A DNA stretch of 64,000 nt, from assembly GCA_027923505.1 (NCBI GenBank), contig BROI01000019.1, positions 558,001 through 622,000 on the forward strand, written 5' to 3'. Of the stretch, positions 34,828 to 46,386 are shown in pieces. Source of the DNA: Mayamaea pseudoterrestris. Taxonomy: Eukaryota. The notes beneath the pieces were generated by a model. That model saw only the letters and a list, made by a program, of their open reading frames with translations, was not told the origin of the DNA and did not search any database. Position numbers and translations under genes: made by a program. How positions within the stretch are numbered: the stretch's first letter is position 1; every line of letters begins with the position of its first letter.

Positions 34828-35319
34828 CAACGAAACGCTTGGTCAAGTGCCTTTTTCGATTTGCGGATAATGTTGTCGCAAAACCTGAGGCTGATGTGTA
34901 AACTTTCGCGTGACTATCAAACATGCACGAGGCGGGCCAAGGAATCGCAAGGACACGAACGTTTTGCCGATCGCTTGTGATTCGTTGCCCAGTCGCAATT
35001 TGCGCGCGCCAATGCATCTCACTGCTTCGGCGTGGGAGTCATTTCGAGCATTTAGCAAGACTGAAAACGAAGAAATGACCGCTGACAAACTTCAATGACC
35101 GCTCAGACACGTCAGTCATCGCGCCCAAGCATTCGAAACAGCAGAAACCGCTTCGAGTCTTGGCGAAAGGTTTTGCACCACCACCAAGAAGAAAATCGGA
35201 AGGACGAGCAGCAACAGCGCAACTACTCTCATGTCGAGGTAGAAGAGGCTTTCAATTGACTCTCTACAGACTTTGCTAGAACTATCTGAAGTGGTCGCTG
35301 CAGCACCCGTCGAATTTGT

Positions 35320-36864
35320 ATGCTTCAGCCGTCAGCCGTCAACGACTCCGATTCATGGTCACATACAAATTGCTCCACCACACTCCATCTGGCTTTACAA
35401 TTCACCATGACAAGGCATGCAATATTACGATTGGTTGGAGTAGTGCTATGTTGCTATACATCATTCGCATGGTCGCCTCATGAATCGATCCACTCGAATC
35501 TGTCAGCTGCGCCAAATTGTTCACACTCTTCACCACCTACACAAAGAATAAGCGAATTAATTCGCGGATCGCGACGGAGAATACAAACGCTGGCATCCTT
35601 TCCAATACCTGGTTTCACCATGACAATGAAGGTTGGATCCAAAGGGCTTGATCTCTTGACATTTTCCGACGAGCTAGAGACAGTCACGGAGAAACACTTG
35701 TCGGATGTACTGCTTGATCAAATACCAACGACTGGACCACTTGGTCAAGACAACTTTAAAGACTTTGTTCTCGAAAATGCAGTATCAGCGAGTCCATATG
35801 ATGACATTGACGTGCTACTGCAAGTTAATTTTACTGGTGGAGCAATTTTCGCCAACACTTCACTGTTAAGCAACGCCACTTTTGTACAAACAACCATGTT
35901 TGACTCCATCAAGGCTGCATTCTTGATAGCAGACGGATATAATACATTTGTGGCTCGCATTGAAGCCAACGCGGAGCTGCAACGCATCAAGGGCGTCAAA
36001 ATATCGGTGAACCCGTACTTTGGGCCGGCGCCGCCTCTTCCTTCCAATGCACCCACAATGGCGCCAGCATCCAATAGTCCAAGTGAAGCTGACGACGCTG
36101 CTGTTATTGGAACCATGATGATTGCGGTCATTGTCATTGTAATCATTGTGCTAGTGGCAGGCTGCTTGGGAACGTGGTACTATTGTAATCAGCGCAAGGC
36201 CAAGGAGCGACGACGACAGGTTGCAAAACTGGCCAAGCAAAGGTCGGACCGCGCGTTGCTACGAAAGCATCAATCGAGTCGGTCGCTGGGAACAAACAGC
36301 ACGATAACTATGAGTGGGATTGACGGCAGTATGTCCAGTATGAATGGGAGCGCTCGCAATGTAGCAGCAGGTAGTATGACGAACGGTGCCTCGTTGAGTC
36401 CTATTCGACAATCGCCAGCTTCATCAATGGGCCAGAAGAATGTTCCTCCAGCCGCCTTTTCTCGGCCGTCGTTACAATCAAGACGTGCCATTTCGTTAAT
36501 GGCAATTACAGAGGATGAAGACGAATCCGAAGCAAGCGGAGATGTTGGTTCTGAAACGCGCTCGTCGAGCCGAGGGTCTGCCAAGCAAAAGCGCCTCATT
36601 GCGTCCGACAGTGCTCTTGGAGAACGTGATTTGTCCAATAGTTCGGGGACAGAAGATCATATATATGTATTTGACACGAGTGTGCCTAAATTGTGGGCAT
36701 CCGATGCCTCCATCAACCAGCAGCATCTGCCTTTTACGGATGAAGACGGAAATGAAGATGGAGATGACGACGAAGACGATGAACTTATAAGTGGAGCGAG
36801 CAGTGCAGACGAGCGATTTGAAGATGAATACAAAGCACAGTATCACGGGAGAGAGGCGCTATAG
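35320..36864 (+). CDS. Hypothetical type I membrane protein (signal peptide likely from ATG 35407)
   Basis: 514-aa ORF; RRRIQ motif, ectodomain, PS/PT linker, TM IAVIVIVIIVLVAGCLG, Ser/acidic tail. Confidence 0.8.
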   Translation: MLQPSAVNDSDSWSHTNCSTTLHLALQFTMTRHAILRLVGVVLCCYTSFAWSPHESIHSNLSAAPNCSHSSPPTQRISELIRGSRRRIQTLASFPIPGFTMTMKVGSKGLDLLTFSDELETVTEKHLSDVLLDQIPTTGPLGQDNFKDFVLENAVSASPYDDIDVLLQVNFTGGAIFANTSLLSNATFVQTTMFDSIKAAFLIADGYNTFVARIEANAELQRIKGVKISVNPYFGPAPPLPSNAPTMAPASNSPSEADDAAVIGTMMIAVIVIVIIVLVAGCLGTWYYCNQRKAKERRRQVAKLAKQRSDRALLRKHQSSRSLGTNSTITMSGIDGSMSSMNGSARNVAAGSMTNGASLSPIRQSPASSMGQKNVPPAAFSRPSLQSRRAISLMAITEDEDESEASGDVGSETRSSSRGSAKQKRLIASDSALGERDLSNSSGTEDHIYVFDTSVPKLWASDASINQQHLPFTDEDGNEDGDDDEDDELISGASSADERFEDEYKAQYHGREAL

Positions 36865-36969
36865 CAGTTATCTTATCAGTTTAAATGTTTATGTACTTTG
36901 CTATTTTTTCTGAAAATTATCGAGCCACCTTGAACATTTAATGATTTAGCATGCAGCTTATCAAGTGCC

Positions 36970-38886
36970 CTATGCCAGCTTTGAATACGCAGCAATACCA
37001 AAGGTCATGACATCGTCCACCGGGGCACCGCTCTCTTGAGCACGTCGACGTCGCTCATTAGTACCATGGCTGTGTGAGCGTCGGGATCGACGACCTGGAG
37101 CGGCTGTGCGACCACGAGAGATGCTTGCGTTTAGACTGGGACTTGTGCTGGTAGCAGTTCCATTGCGTTTGCTTCCACTGGTTGGCGGCAACGGTGGTGC
37201 CATTGCTTGTAGCGACCCCTGACTGGACGATCGCACGAGGCCCGCTCGTTTCGGTTTTCCCATCATCGAATCACCAATAGTCGTCATTTTAGCCTTTGCT
37301 CCGCCAAATCTTTGCGCAATTTTACCAACGGCTGACATGGAACTTTTGCTACGCGTTACGCGATGGCCAGGGAGTGCTGCACTCCCCGTGTCGTTGCTAA
37401 TTTCCGGCTGATGTATACGTTGACGTTGCATAGGTTTCGGTGGCAACGTCTTTCGCGGCGAAAATTCAGCTTCAATGGCTGACAAATCAAGCTCCATTTC
37501 ATGTCGGCGTAGTTGCAAATCACGCTTTCGCGCCTCTTCCTCGATGCGATATTTCTTATCATGCTGCATGCGATTTTCTTGGTAATGCTGATGTTTCCTC
37601 TCAAACAAACCTTCCAGCTTGTCCATGAATACTTCGGCATCATTTTGCGAAAACTCATCATCATCACGGCTAAGTTGTTCCCTATCAAAGCTCGCCTGCA
37701 AATTGCGCCGAAAGAATTCATCCGCGTATCCCTCGGGAGATTGCTCATCACCCTCTTTAGAATCACTATACTTCCAGATTGGCGTACCATCGTGGCGCGA
37801 CCAGTCTTGAAAGGCAAAATCGTATTTTGACGCATCCTTGCCGCGGACCAAACCATCGCCAGTGCCACATTGCCCAGCTCGTCGACGCAGCAAGGTATGT
37901 TTGAGCCAGCCAGACACTGAAATAATCTTGGCTGCCGGCGACGACGGAGACACATTACTCGATGACGGCGAAGTCGCAGCCGTTGCTGGAGAAAGGCCAG
38001 GCGAAGTCTTGTCCATGAGGTCGGGTCGATGTCTCGACAAGTATTGGTCAGACGCTTGGAGCACCTTGTTCGCCACGGCGGACGCTTCCGATTCATCATT
38101 GTCCGTGTCGTCCGATTCGCGACCAGCCAGTACAGTAGTCGAGTAACTATTGTCGTTTCTGTGGACCCATTTCTTGTGAATGTTTGTTATTATGTGATTC
38201 TTCTTGACGAGCAAAAAGAGAGGAATCATGCCAACCAAACCAACCAGGAGAACGGTCGTCAGGAGAATGGGTTGCTCCATACCAGTCTTTTCGGAGTCCA
38301 AATTAATGAGCCCCAGTGCAGCGTCTCCCACTTGTAGACTCAAGAAGGAATGCTTTTGTATCACGATATTAGCGCTATCTTTCATGTATTGCTGCAAGAA
38401 TTTACGATCTTCGGTAAATGTTTGGAGAAGAACGCTTTGGGCAACATAGTAGATTTCCTTGTCGGAAAGTTTGTTTTCCGAGCTATAAGTCCCATTACGA
38501 AGCATGACTTGACCTTGGAAGACGGCAGTAATGCGTTGCTTGGAGGGACTGATTGACTTGGAAGATAAATCTGAAATGCTCACGCGGAGCGTGACGTAAT
38601 TCTGTCGCAGCCAAAGCAACCTAACATCATTTGTAGGCATACTCAGAGCTTCATCAAAGCTTTCGGCTAAAAATTCTCCTGCAATGAGTGACAAAGGACT
38701 GTTTATCCGATCCAAATCCGAGTCTGAGGTCACCAATGAAGTAAATTGTATGGAAAATGGAGGGAGATTGGCAGAAGCAGTTTCTAATCGTCGTCGATCG
38801 CTGCTAGATCCGCGTAAGCTGCCTCTTCCTTCAGCTCCATAGAGCCATAGCAGCAGGAGAGTAGAAATAGCTTGCAGTTTCATCAT
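36970..38886 (-). CDS. Hypothetical type I membrane protein
   Basis: 638-aa ORF; signal peptide, SLRG..RRRLE, ectodomain, TM ILLTTVLLVGLVGMIPLFLLV, long low-complexity tail. Confidence 0.8.
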   Translation of the reverse strand: MMKLQAISTLLLLWLYGAEGRGSLRGSSSDRRRLETASANLPPFSIQFTSLVTSDSDLDRINSPLSLIAGEFLAESFDEALSMPTNDVRLLWLRQNYVTLRVSISDLSSKSISPSKQRITAVFQGQVMLRNGTYSSENKLSDKEIYYVAQSVLLQTFTEDRKFLQQYMKDSANIVIQKHSFLSLQVGDAALGLINLDSEKTGMEQPILLTTVLLVGLVGMIPLFLLVKKNHIITNIHKKWVHRNDNSYSTTVLAGRESDDTDNDESEASAVANKVLQASDQYLSRHRPDLMDKTSPGLSPATAATSPSSSNVSPSSPAAKIISVSGWLKHTLLRRRAGQCGTGDGLVRGKDASKYDFAFQDWSRHDGTPIWKYSDSKEGDEQSPEGYADEFFRRNLQASFDREQLSRDDDEFSQNDAEVFMDKLEGLFERKHQHYQENRMQHDKKYRIEEEARKRDLQLRRHEMELDLSAIEAEFSPRKTLPPKPMQRQRIHQPEISNDTGSAALPGHRVTRSKSSMSAVGKIAQRFGGAKAKMTTIGDSMMGKPKRAGLVRSSSQGSLQAMAPPLPPTSGSKRNGTATSTSPSLNASISRGRTAAPGRRSRRSHSHGTNERRRRAQESGAPVDDVMTFGIAAYSKLA

Positions 38887-39428
38887 ATTCTTCGTCTATA
38901 GGCAGCAATGAAAAAACCTTAGCTGTGTGTGGACAAAGCCATGGCGGTGCGCAATCGAACAAAACGTGTGCATCATCCATGTGCATCGGCTGGCGCGCCG
39001 GCGCGGAGGGACTTTGGAATGAAAACGTGACCCAGAATCGCAGCGTTACTTACGTCTCACGATGCGACGCGAATCTGCGCCAACGAGGTATGCATCGCTG
39101 GCAAATAGTATAGAAGCCGATTTGCTAGCGGACTATGTACTTATACACCTATTCAGTTGCATCTGCGCAGTCACAGAAATGGATAGCGCATTATTGACGG
39201 AATATTATCTGAAGTAAAGGCTTCCTGGACCGCGAAGGTTGCAGCGACGACGAATGATACCGGTACAAAACTTCAAACATATATACATCGCATTGCAAGC
39301 AGGCATTTACCACCGTGACAATGAAGACAGCTCGCTGCACAACAGCGTCGACGCGTTTGTATCCAGAAGTTACGGCCACTCCTGTAGCAAGTGGCGACGT
39401 CATCGTGACTATTGCAACATCATCCTAG

Positions 39429-41048
39429 TCATGCAGCCACCATGCCTGCTTCTATAGCGCTGCCTGTATCATTGACATGGGCTCCGCTGTCGTCGCGAGA
39501 CTCGGATGTTTTCAGTACGAACTGCACATCTCGCAGTGACCGCACAGTCTCGTCAGCGTATGCATACGTACTGCGAGCCGTGCTATCTATGTACGCGAGC
39601 GAGTCGCTTGCTGCCTCGGCCATGGCGTTTGTTGGGACCACCATGACACCAAGCAGCAAGTTGCCTTCGTCATCTGTTGGTACAACAGCTCTTACCGCTG
39701 GCCTAATCTTCTCCATTGTCCTGCTCCATCCGGTACGCAGACTGACACTATTTCGCGATACTGCATAAACCAATACCAGTCCCATCATGAGCGCGCCAAA
39801 TACAAGGAGAATCATGTTGTGATTATTTGTAACGTACGATTGGAAATCAGCTTGAGCATTCGTTGACGTGTAAGGATCAACATTAATGTTGCCCATGGCG
39901 TCGTCGTCTCCATTCAGTAGCAGCAAAAGACCTTCCGCAAAAGCAGCTCCAATCGTAATCATGAACGCTGCCTGATGGTAGTAGTATTCGTAGCCTACCT
40001 TGTCGAAACCGATGTCCTTTTGATCGAGCTTGTCGTGCGTTTTTACAAAGTAGCTCATCTGAACTGCATCGTCCTTTACACTTCGCTCTTGGTACACTCT
40101 AAAGTTATGTTCATAGAGTGTAACTCGCTTCGTGCCCATACCACCTAGTTCACCAATGACAATTGGCCTACATGCGAGATGAGAAAGGACATTTGTTTGA
40201 GCAAGATTACCTTCTAAAGCATCAATCATTTTTCACAACTCAAAGCGACACTCACAGATATGGGCGCTTTAAGTCCTTTCGTATGTCGTTCATGAACAGT
40301 TTTAAATGATCGCTATACGATTCTCGATGGTCTTTGTCTTCCACATCACTGTATCCGTGCCACCAGATCAAACCCTCCAGCGAATGACCTGCACCAGAAT
40401 AGTCCTTCGCCGCCTGACCAAGTAAAATGTCGTCCACATTATTAAGCGTCTGTTTCACACTCAATAGAATTTGCTTGTAGTAACGCTGTAGTTAAAGAGA
40501 CATAAACGACGCCTTGAGATCATGTTTGACGACTTCACCGCTCAAACCTCGTTCTGACATATTTAATCTTACACCAGTGGTTCCACCAGCAGACGGCGGC
40601 CGAAAGTCTTTGGCCAAAGATTTGTTGTCCCAAGCACACTTGATAATGACTACTGGTTCCTCGTATATTTCTCCCAGTATGTGTCCGAGTTGGATTTCTG
40701 GTCCAAAGTATTCGTCGGAATGCGACAAGCCCATGTCTGCTGAGAGCGGCTTGTGCTCCCATCGTTTATCCAGTTTCGATTGATAAGCAACGTAAACATC
40801 GTCTCGCACTTTCCAAATTGACCTTTGATTTGAAGCCTTGTCCTTTTCGACAAGCAAATGGCCATAGTTGTCGGGGTCGGACTCGGTCAGTTCTTGGAGT
40901 TCGCTGAGTGAAGCAAAACTTCCACAGCACCGTCACCTGCCAATATAAAGATGCGTACAGGATTTCGCTTTGCAGCTCTTGTTAAATGCAGCAGTGTTGC
41001 GGCTATGAAGAGTATTAGCGCCGTCGGGCGAAGGAGGGTGATGGCCAT
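39429..41048 (-). pseudogene. Sialate O-acetylesterase (SASA/SGNH)-like secreted or membrane protein with a 1-nt frameshift near 40918; introns 40486-40572 and 40168-40255
   Basis: NPVRIFILAGDGAVE, VRDDVYVAY, FGPEIQLG, IIKCAWDNKSLAKDFRPPSAGG, IWWHGYSD, LPIVIGELG; adding one base gives VEGFASLSELQEL, continuous with the next ORF; C-terminal TM. Confidence 0.7.
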
Positions 41049-41249
41049 GGTGGTTTTTATGTGAGTGACGACTGTATGACCGAAAGAAAAATCTGATGAC
41101 CCGTGGAGTAACGAAGCGACGTTACGAGCCTTCATCGCTAAATCTTTTAGCTATCGATACAGGTACCTATTGATACCTGGAGTGCGTATATACTTACACG
41201 TTGACGTACGAGTAACATAAAGGCAAAGACAAGTCAGTAATCGTAAAAT

Positions 41250-42614
41250 CTAGCCACATAACAGCTCCGGTTTCTCTCTCAGCATGTAGAACAAGACGTC
41301 AGGAATACACGGAGACAATCTGTTGTTCGACTGCGCCAAAATCCTGGCTGACAAGCCGTCAGAGCACAAGCTTGGTTTACCTGTATCGGACTCAGTGTTC
41401 AGCAGCAACCTTCGTCCACTACGGTTCAGGCGTAACCAGAAGTCCAGGTCTGCATCGCCTTGACTATAGCCATCTTCTTTTATGGCAAGTTCCATGCTCA
41501 GAGTATTCAAATGTACGTTAGTTCGAAGGCTATAAGAGAAGGCATTGGCCGCTTCCTGATCGAGTATAGATCCAAGATCCAAGTGCTTCAAGCCTTGCAT
41601 TTTAGGTAAGAGGTCTGCCATGACTCGAAGTCCTTCCATGCCAAATCGATTGCTCGATATTATAAGTGATTGAAGAGTCGCATTGACTGTAAGAGCCTTT
41701 GCAAGCGATGCAATCCCAGCGTCTCCTATTCGGTTCAAACCAAGAGAAAGACTCGTGAGCGAAGTGTTATTGTACAGTGCCTGTGCCAACTCATCGGCAC
41801 CAGTATGCTTGATACGATTGCCAAATAACGACAAATCTTGAATGCTGCAGCCAGGAACGCGCAAAAGTTGAGCCACGTATACAGCAGCCTCGTCTCCAAG
41901 ACCGTTAAAATCGAGAGATAGGTACGTGAGACTAGAGTTTTGACTAGATTCTTTTTCGCTGAGTGAATGGGACGTCATTAAATATAATCTTGAGAGACCT
42001 TGCGCCAGAATCAAAAGTGATTCAGCATTAAGCGCATTCCCAGACAGATCGAGTAAACGTATCGATAAAGATGTTGCAAGACCGTTCAAAAGCGATGTCA
42101 TGGTGACATACTTTCCATCACTTGTCGATAGAAACATGGACGGAGAAAAGCATATCCGTAGTTCGGTCAAGGAAGTGTTTCCGTACAAAATGTTTCCCCA
42201 AGCGTTCGACGGCTCAAAATCACAGTTGCGAATGAAAAGGCGCTTTATGTCATGGCACTGAGCCAAGGCTGTTGCAAGTGTCGACTCACAATCATCCGAA
42301 CAATCCTCCAACTCCAAAACATCAAGCGCCTTATATCTGAGACTTGGAAGCAGCCACTGGCTCATCCAACTTTTGTCGAAATGCATATTCTGTAGAGTCA
42401 AGGTCTGAAGTGTGACGTTGTCTCGAAGCGCCATGCAGATGCTATGAAGCGATTGTTCGGATAAGAGCTCACCCTGAATAGTCAAGTGTGTCAGACTGGG
42501 GTCATTCCTGAGCAATAGATGAGTCGTATCGTCAATAATGCGGCTCTCATTGTCGTCTCGCTCCTGGCGGCGATGACGAAGCTTAAGCCACAGTGAGATC
42601 AGGATGAAGAACAT
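41250..42614 (-). CDS. Leucine-rich repeat protein, ribonuclease-inhibitor (RNI)-like class
   Basis: LTYLSLDFNGLGDEAA, LSLFGNRIKHTGA, LTSLSLGLNRIGDAG; NDPSLTHL start and LRLNRSGRRLL..LFYMLREKPEL end typical of diatom LRR proteins. Confidence 0.88.
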   Translation of the reverse strand: MFFILISLWLKLRHRRQERDDNESRIIDDTTHLLLRNDPSLTHLTIQGELLSEQSLHSICMALRDNVTLQTLTLQNMHFDKSWMSQWLLPSLRYKALDVLELEDCSDDCESTLATALAQCHDIKRLFIRNCDFEPSNAWGNILYGNTSLTELRICFSPSMFLSTSDGKYVTMTSLLNGLATSLSIRLLDLSGNALNAESLLILAQGLSRLYLMTSHSLSEKESSQNSSLTYLSLDFNGLGDEAAVYVAQLLRVPGCSIQDLSLFGNRIKHTGADELAQALYNNTSLTSLSLGLNRIGDAGIASLAKALTVNATLQSLIISSNRFGMEGLRVMADLLPKMQGLKHLDLGSILDQEAANAFSYSLRTNVHLNTLSMELAIKEDGYSQGDADLDFWLRLNRSGRRLLLNTESDTGKPSLCSDGLSARILAQSNNRLSPCIPDVLFYMLREKPELLCG

Positions 42615-42927
42615 GTTTCCTTGTTCGTCGTAGGATCTTCGGCAAGGAAAGGACTTTTGTTGACTTCATTGATCAGGTTGCGCCGATGAGGTAAAACATC
42701 GTCACAAATTGGCCGAAAATTTCGAAATCGGTTCAAAGCTGACTTTCAACACTTATATGCCTAAACTTTTCGCAAAATGTCACGCACGATTTCGAACGGA
42801 CGATCCGTTTCTTCCCTGAGACTCGTATCGGTACTCGATCACCTTTCGATTCGTTCTTTCGAAGCGGCCATGGGCGATTATGGAACCAACAGCCGCTCGA
42901 TGAAGCAGCGAGCGAACCGATACAACA

Positions 42928-44505
42928 ATGTCTATGCGTCGATATTTTCAAATAAGCGTCATTGATGTTCGCAGTCTGGCAGCCTTTCGAATCCTCCTTG
43001 GGCTGCTACTTCTTTATGATACCTACACTCGATTCTCGCTGGGTCGCTTCGATTTGTATTGGTATACACAAGACGGCTATCTAGGCCAGTCGGAGCTACC
43101 TCATCAAGCTCCTCTTCATAAACTATGGTTTTATCGAGGAAACATTGAATTTCAAATTGTCTGCGTCGGCTTGTCAATCTTTCTGTCGCTGCTCTTTACG
43201 CTCGGCGTTTCAGACACCCCCATTCTGAAAATACTCTTGTTTGTGGTTCACACGGCTGAACAGTCGCGCAACATGCCGGCTCATGATGGAAGCGACTCTT
43301 TTGTGCGTCACTTGCTGCTATGGTCATGCTTTCTGCCGCTCACGCGCGTTTGGAGTATGCAGGCGCGGCAAAGGTCGCGACGAACAAGCAAGAATCTCTT
43401 TCCAAACTACACTATTTCTGGATTACCATGTCTTGCAATCAAACTGCAAATCGTGCTCATGTATCTTGGAACTGTCTTGCTGCGACTAGAAACCATGGGG
43501 TGGAAATCGGAATGGATGCCGCCCCAGTTGACAGCCGTCCATTACGCACTGAGTGGATCCTTTGCTGCTCGCGACAACTTTATGACAAGGCTAATCACAC
43601 AAACACCCTGGCTGTCGAGGATAATGACGGCTCAGGCCATGCTGTTGGAGGGACTTGCTCCCATTTTTTGTCTTCTTGGAGGTCCGTATCGTCATTTAGC
43701 GGCAATGGCAATGTTTGCGCTGCACTTTGGGTTGATTTTAACGGTGAATCTCGTCAATTGGCAGCTTGTCGGTATGCTAGTGCAAGTGATATGGATACCA
43801 ACGCACGTATGGGATAGATGTCTTGGGGTTGGAGAAGGGACGGACAATACCACGTTGACATACAAAAAGGACGATGGCGACGGCGCTCCCACGAGGAGGA
43901 AAAGTGCGCATGATTCGATCGACGCCGCACCAATTTCCCGATGTTTGCGCACATTCTTCTTTGCATACATGATTTACAATTGGATGGGAAATCGAAAATG
44001 GATTCCAAAGCATGACCATGGCGACATTGGCGAGGGCTTGCGCTTGTCGCAGTACTGGGTCATGTACCGAACGGTAGGTACCACGGCTCATCTTCCCTTT
44101 CTGACTGGCTACTGCCACGATGACAGAACGGGCGTGGCAAAGCAACACAATGATACGTTACAAGTGGTCGATTTGTTTCACTACGTCAAGACTGGCAATT
44201 GGAAGATACAGGATCCGCTGGAGCTACTGCACACTGGCATGACTGACCACTTTCCGTCAGCACGATGGGAACGTGCCATTACGCAATGGATACAACAATC
44301 GGGAAAAAGGACTGCCATCAAGACATTTGGCAGAAAGTTGTGCACTCTTGTCAACAGTGATCGGCAAAATCAGGGTTTGCCACAGATTAATGAAGTTGAA
44401 CTTTCTTGGATCGACGTCGAGCTTATGCCGCCTGGAAGCACATCAAGATATAACCGAAAGAAGATGAAGCGGCATGCTGTGTCTGCCACTTGCCGCTTAG
44501 CTTAA
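42928..44505 (+). CDS. HTTM-domain membrane protein (gamma-carboxylase-related TM domain)
   Basis: DVRSLAAFRILLG, DGSDSFVRHLLLWSCFLPL, LQIVLMYL, LHFGLILTVNL, GLRLSQYWVMY; intronless. Confidence 0.75.
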   Translation: MSMRRYFQISVIDVRSLAAFRILLGLLLLYDTYTRFSLGRFDLYWYTQDGYLGQSELPHQAPLHKLWFYRGNIEFQIVCVGLSIFLSLLFTLGVSDTPILKILLFVVHTAEQSRNMPAHDGSDSFVRHLLLWSCFLPLTRVWSMQARQRSRRTSKNLFPNYTISGLPCLAIKLQIVLMYLGTVLLRLETMGWKSEWMPPQLTAVHYALSGSFAARDNFMTRLITQTPWLSRIMTAQAMLLEGLAPIFCLLGGPYRHLAAMAMFALHFGLILTVNLVNWQLVGMLVQVIWIPTHVWDRCLGVGEGTDNTTLTYKKDDGDGAPTRRKSAHDSIDAAPISRCLRTFFFAYMIYNWMGNRKWIPKHDHGDIGEGLRLSQYWVMYRTVGTTAHLPFLTGYCHDDRTGVAKQHNDTLQVVDLFHYVKTGNWKIQDPLELLHTGMTDHFPSARWERAITQWIQQSGKRTAIKTFGRKLCTLVNSDRQNQGLPQINEVELSWIDVELMPPGSTSRYNRKKMKRHAVSATCRLA

Positions 44506-44844
44506 AAAGAAATCGTTAACATTGTCCTCGGAAGTGATGCGCGTTAATTCATGCGACCTTTCAGACACAGTAATAGCTGTTGAGCAACCACGAGGGGTAC
44601 TACTGGTCCATATATGTAACCTAAGGATCGAAATCTGTATATTATCTTTACAACTTTGTTGGCTGTCTGGGTAGGCAACGTAAAAGAGCTGCAAGTTCTT
44701 CAACTCTATAAAGCTCATAGCAATCATCGCATCGGTACTGAGTTATTTGTTCTTTCAAACCACCGATTCGTCGGCCCTTCCTCTATTCGACCACAAAAAG
44801 CGACAATTTAAGCTTTGACGGACGGCTCTGAGTGTGTATGCTGA

Positions 44845-46386
44845 ATGAACAAATTACAAGAAGATGCAGACGACATGGAGTGGGTGCTGTTGGTGCCTCC
44901 CAAGCTGACCCAACTCGTCTACAAGGCCCTCGTCGGCTGCGACTGCGTAAGCCGTCCATGGGAACTAGCCGGCCGCACCGGAGCACGAATTCACAGTCAC
45001 TCAGAAACGCAAATTGGAATTCCAATTGCGAGAAAGGAATTGCTTGATGCTTTGATTCAAAATGCAAGTGCCGGAAATGGCATTGTCGATGACAACCTTG
45101 GGCCTGACAATGACGACAGCCAGAACTACAACAATGAGGATCGAATCTTTCTACGCGACCTTCTATCACACACTCCTGGTGTTGAATTGATACGGAAACC
45201 GTTTACAGCTTCAAAATCGGCCAAAATATACGAAGAAAAACAATTCGATGCACGTGTTCATCCAGAGCGAGCTCCCAGTCCAGATGAAGGAGCTGGCTGC
45301 AACATGGACAACGACTCGACAATGTCACCAGCATTCACTTACGCCGAACTCTTTGCCGGTATTGGTGGATTTGGTGTGGCGCTGGAGCGTCTTGGTGGAA
45401 CGTGCATCTTTTGCTCCGAGCTGGAAGAATCTTGTCGAGACTTGTATTCGCTCATCTTTCCGAACACGAAGCACCTTGCTGGCGATATACTAGAGGTTCT
45501 TGACCATGACCTACCGAAAGCAGGTACACTGGATTTGCTCGTTGCTGGGTTTCCTTGCCAACCGTTTTCGGCTCTCGGCGAACAGCCGGGGCTGACCTGT
45601 CCAACGAAAGGCAACTTATTTCTTCAAGTCGTGCGCCTCCTGAAGGTGTCACAGCCCAAGGCTTTTCTCCTTGAGAACGTTCCTGGACTGCTGGGTATGG
45701 TCAAGGATTTGGAAGTTATAACAACTGCATTGGAAGAAGCAGGATATGATGTTACCATTGAGGTTTGTAGCTCGCGGGGTTTGACTGCTTCTATGCGCAA
45801 ACGGCTTTACTTTGTGGGGCTCCGCAAGGAGGAACAAGAAGATCAATTCTCGCATCCATTCGAATTTCCATATATTCCGGACCTTGGTTTGCGCGCGAGA
45901 CATATTCTTTTATACAATGACAATCCCGAGAACGATTCACTGCGCGTTTCCGATGATCAATTCGCTCGGCTGCAGCGCGAGAATCACTGGCGGCCGAACC
46001 ACATGGCATGGCCCACCACCGTGTGCGATACCTTGGTGTCGCATTATGGAAACGCCATTGGGCAAGGCAACAGCCAGCTAGTGCCTTGCGCGCGTGGAAA
46101 GCCTCGTCGGTTCACGCCGCGCGAGTGCGCCCGCCTCATGGGCTTTCCAAACTCGTACAAGCTTTTTGACAAGCCCCGCCAGCATCAAGGGGAAATGGCA
46201 TTCGTCAAGGAGCAGTATCGTATGTTTGGTAACGCTGTTTGTCCTCCCATCATTGCGGCTCTAGCCGGAGCAGTCTTGGCGCATTGCGACAGCATTGGTG
46301 GTTACAAAAACCATGAGGACTGGGTTGCTTTTGGACGGTTTTGTGCGGTGGAGCTAGCCCAGGCTGCGATGCTACCCAAGTCTTAA
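44845..46386 (+). CDS. DNA (cytosine-5)-methyltransferase, bacterial Dcm/HhaI-like, with ~160-aa N-terminal extension
   Basis: Motif I ELFAGIGGF, IV LVAGFPCQPFS, VI FLLENVPGL, VIII RKRLYFVG, IX RRFTPRECARLMGFP, X MFGNAVCPP in canonical order. Confidence 0.93.
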   Translation: MNKLQEDADDMEWVLLVPPKLTQLVYKALVGCDCVSRPWELAGRTGARIHSHSETQIGIPIARKELLDALIQNASAGNGIVDDNLGPDNDDSQNYNNEDRIFLRDLLSHTPGVELIRKPFTASKSAKIYEEKQFDARVHPERAPSPDEGAGCNMDNDSTMSPAFTYAELFAGIGGFGVALERLGGTCIFCSELEESCRDLYSLIFPNTKHLAGDILEVLDHDLPKAGTLDLLVAGFPCQPFSALGEQPGLTCPTKGNLFLQVVRLLKVSQPKAFLLENVPGLLGMVKDLEVITTALEEAGYDVTIEVCSSRGLTASMRKRLYFVGLRKEEQEDQFSHPFEFPYIPDLGLRARHILLYNDNPENDSLRVSDDQFARLQRENHWRPNHMAWPTTVCDTLVSHYGNAIGQGNSQLVPCARGKPRRFTPRECARLMGFPNSYKLFDKPRQHQGEMAFVKEQYRMFGNAVCPPIIAALAGAVLAHCDSIGGYKNHEDWVAFGRFCAVELAQAAMLPKS

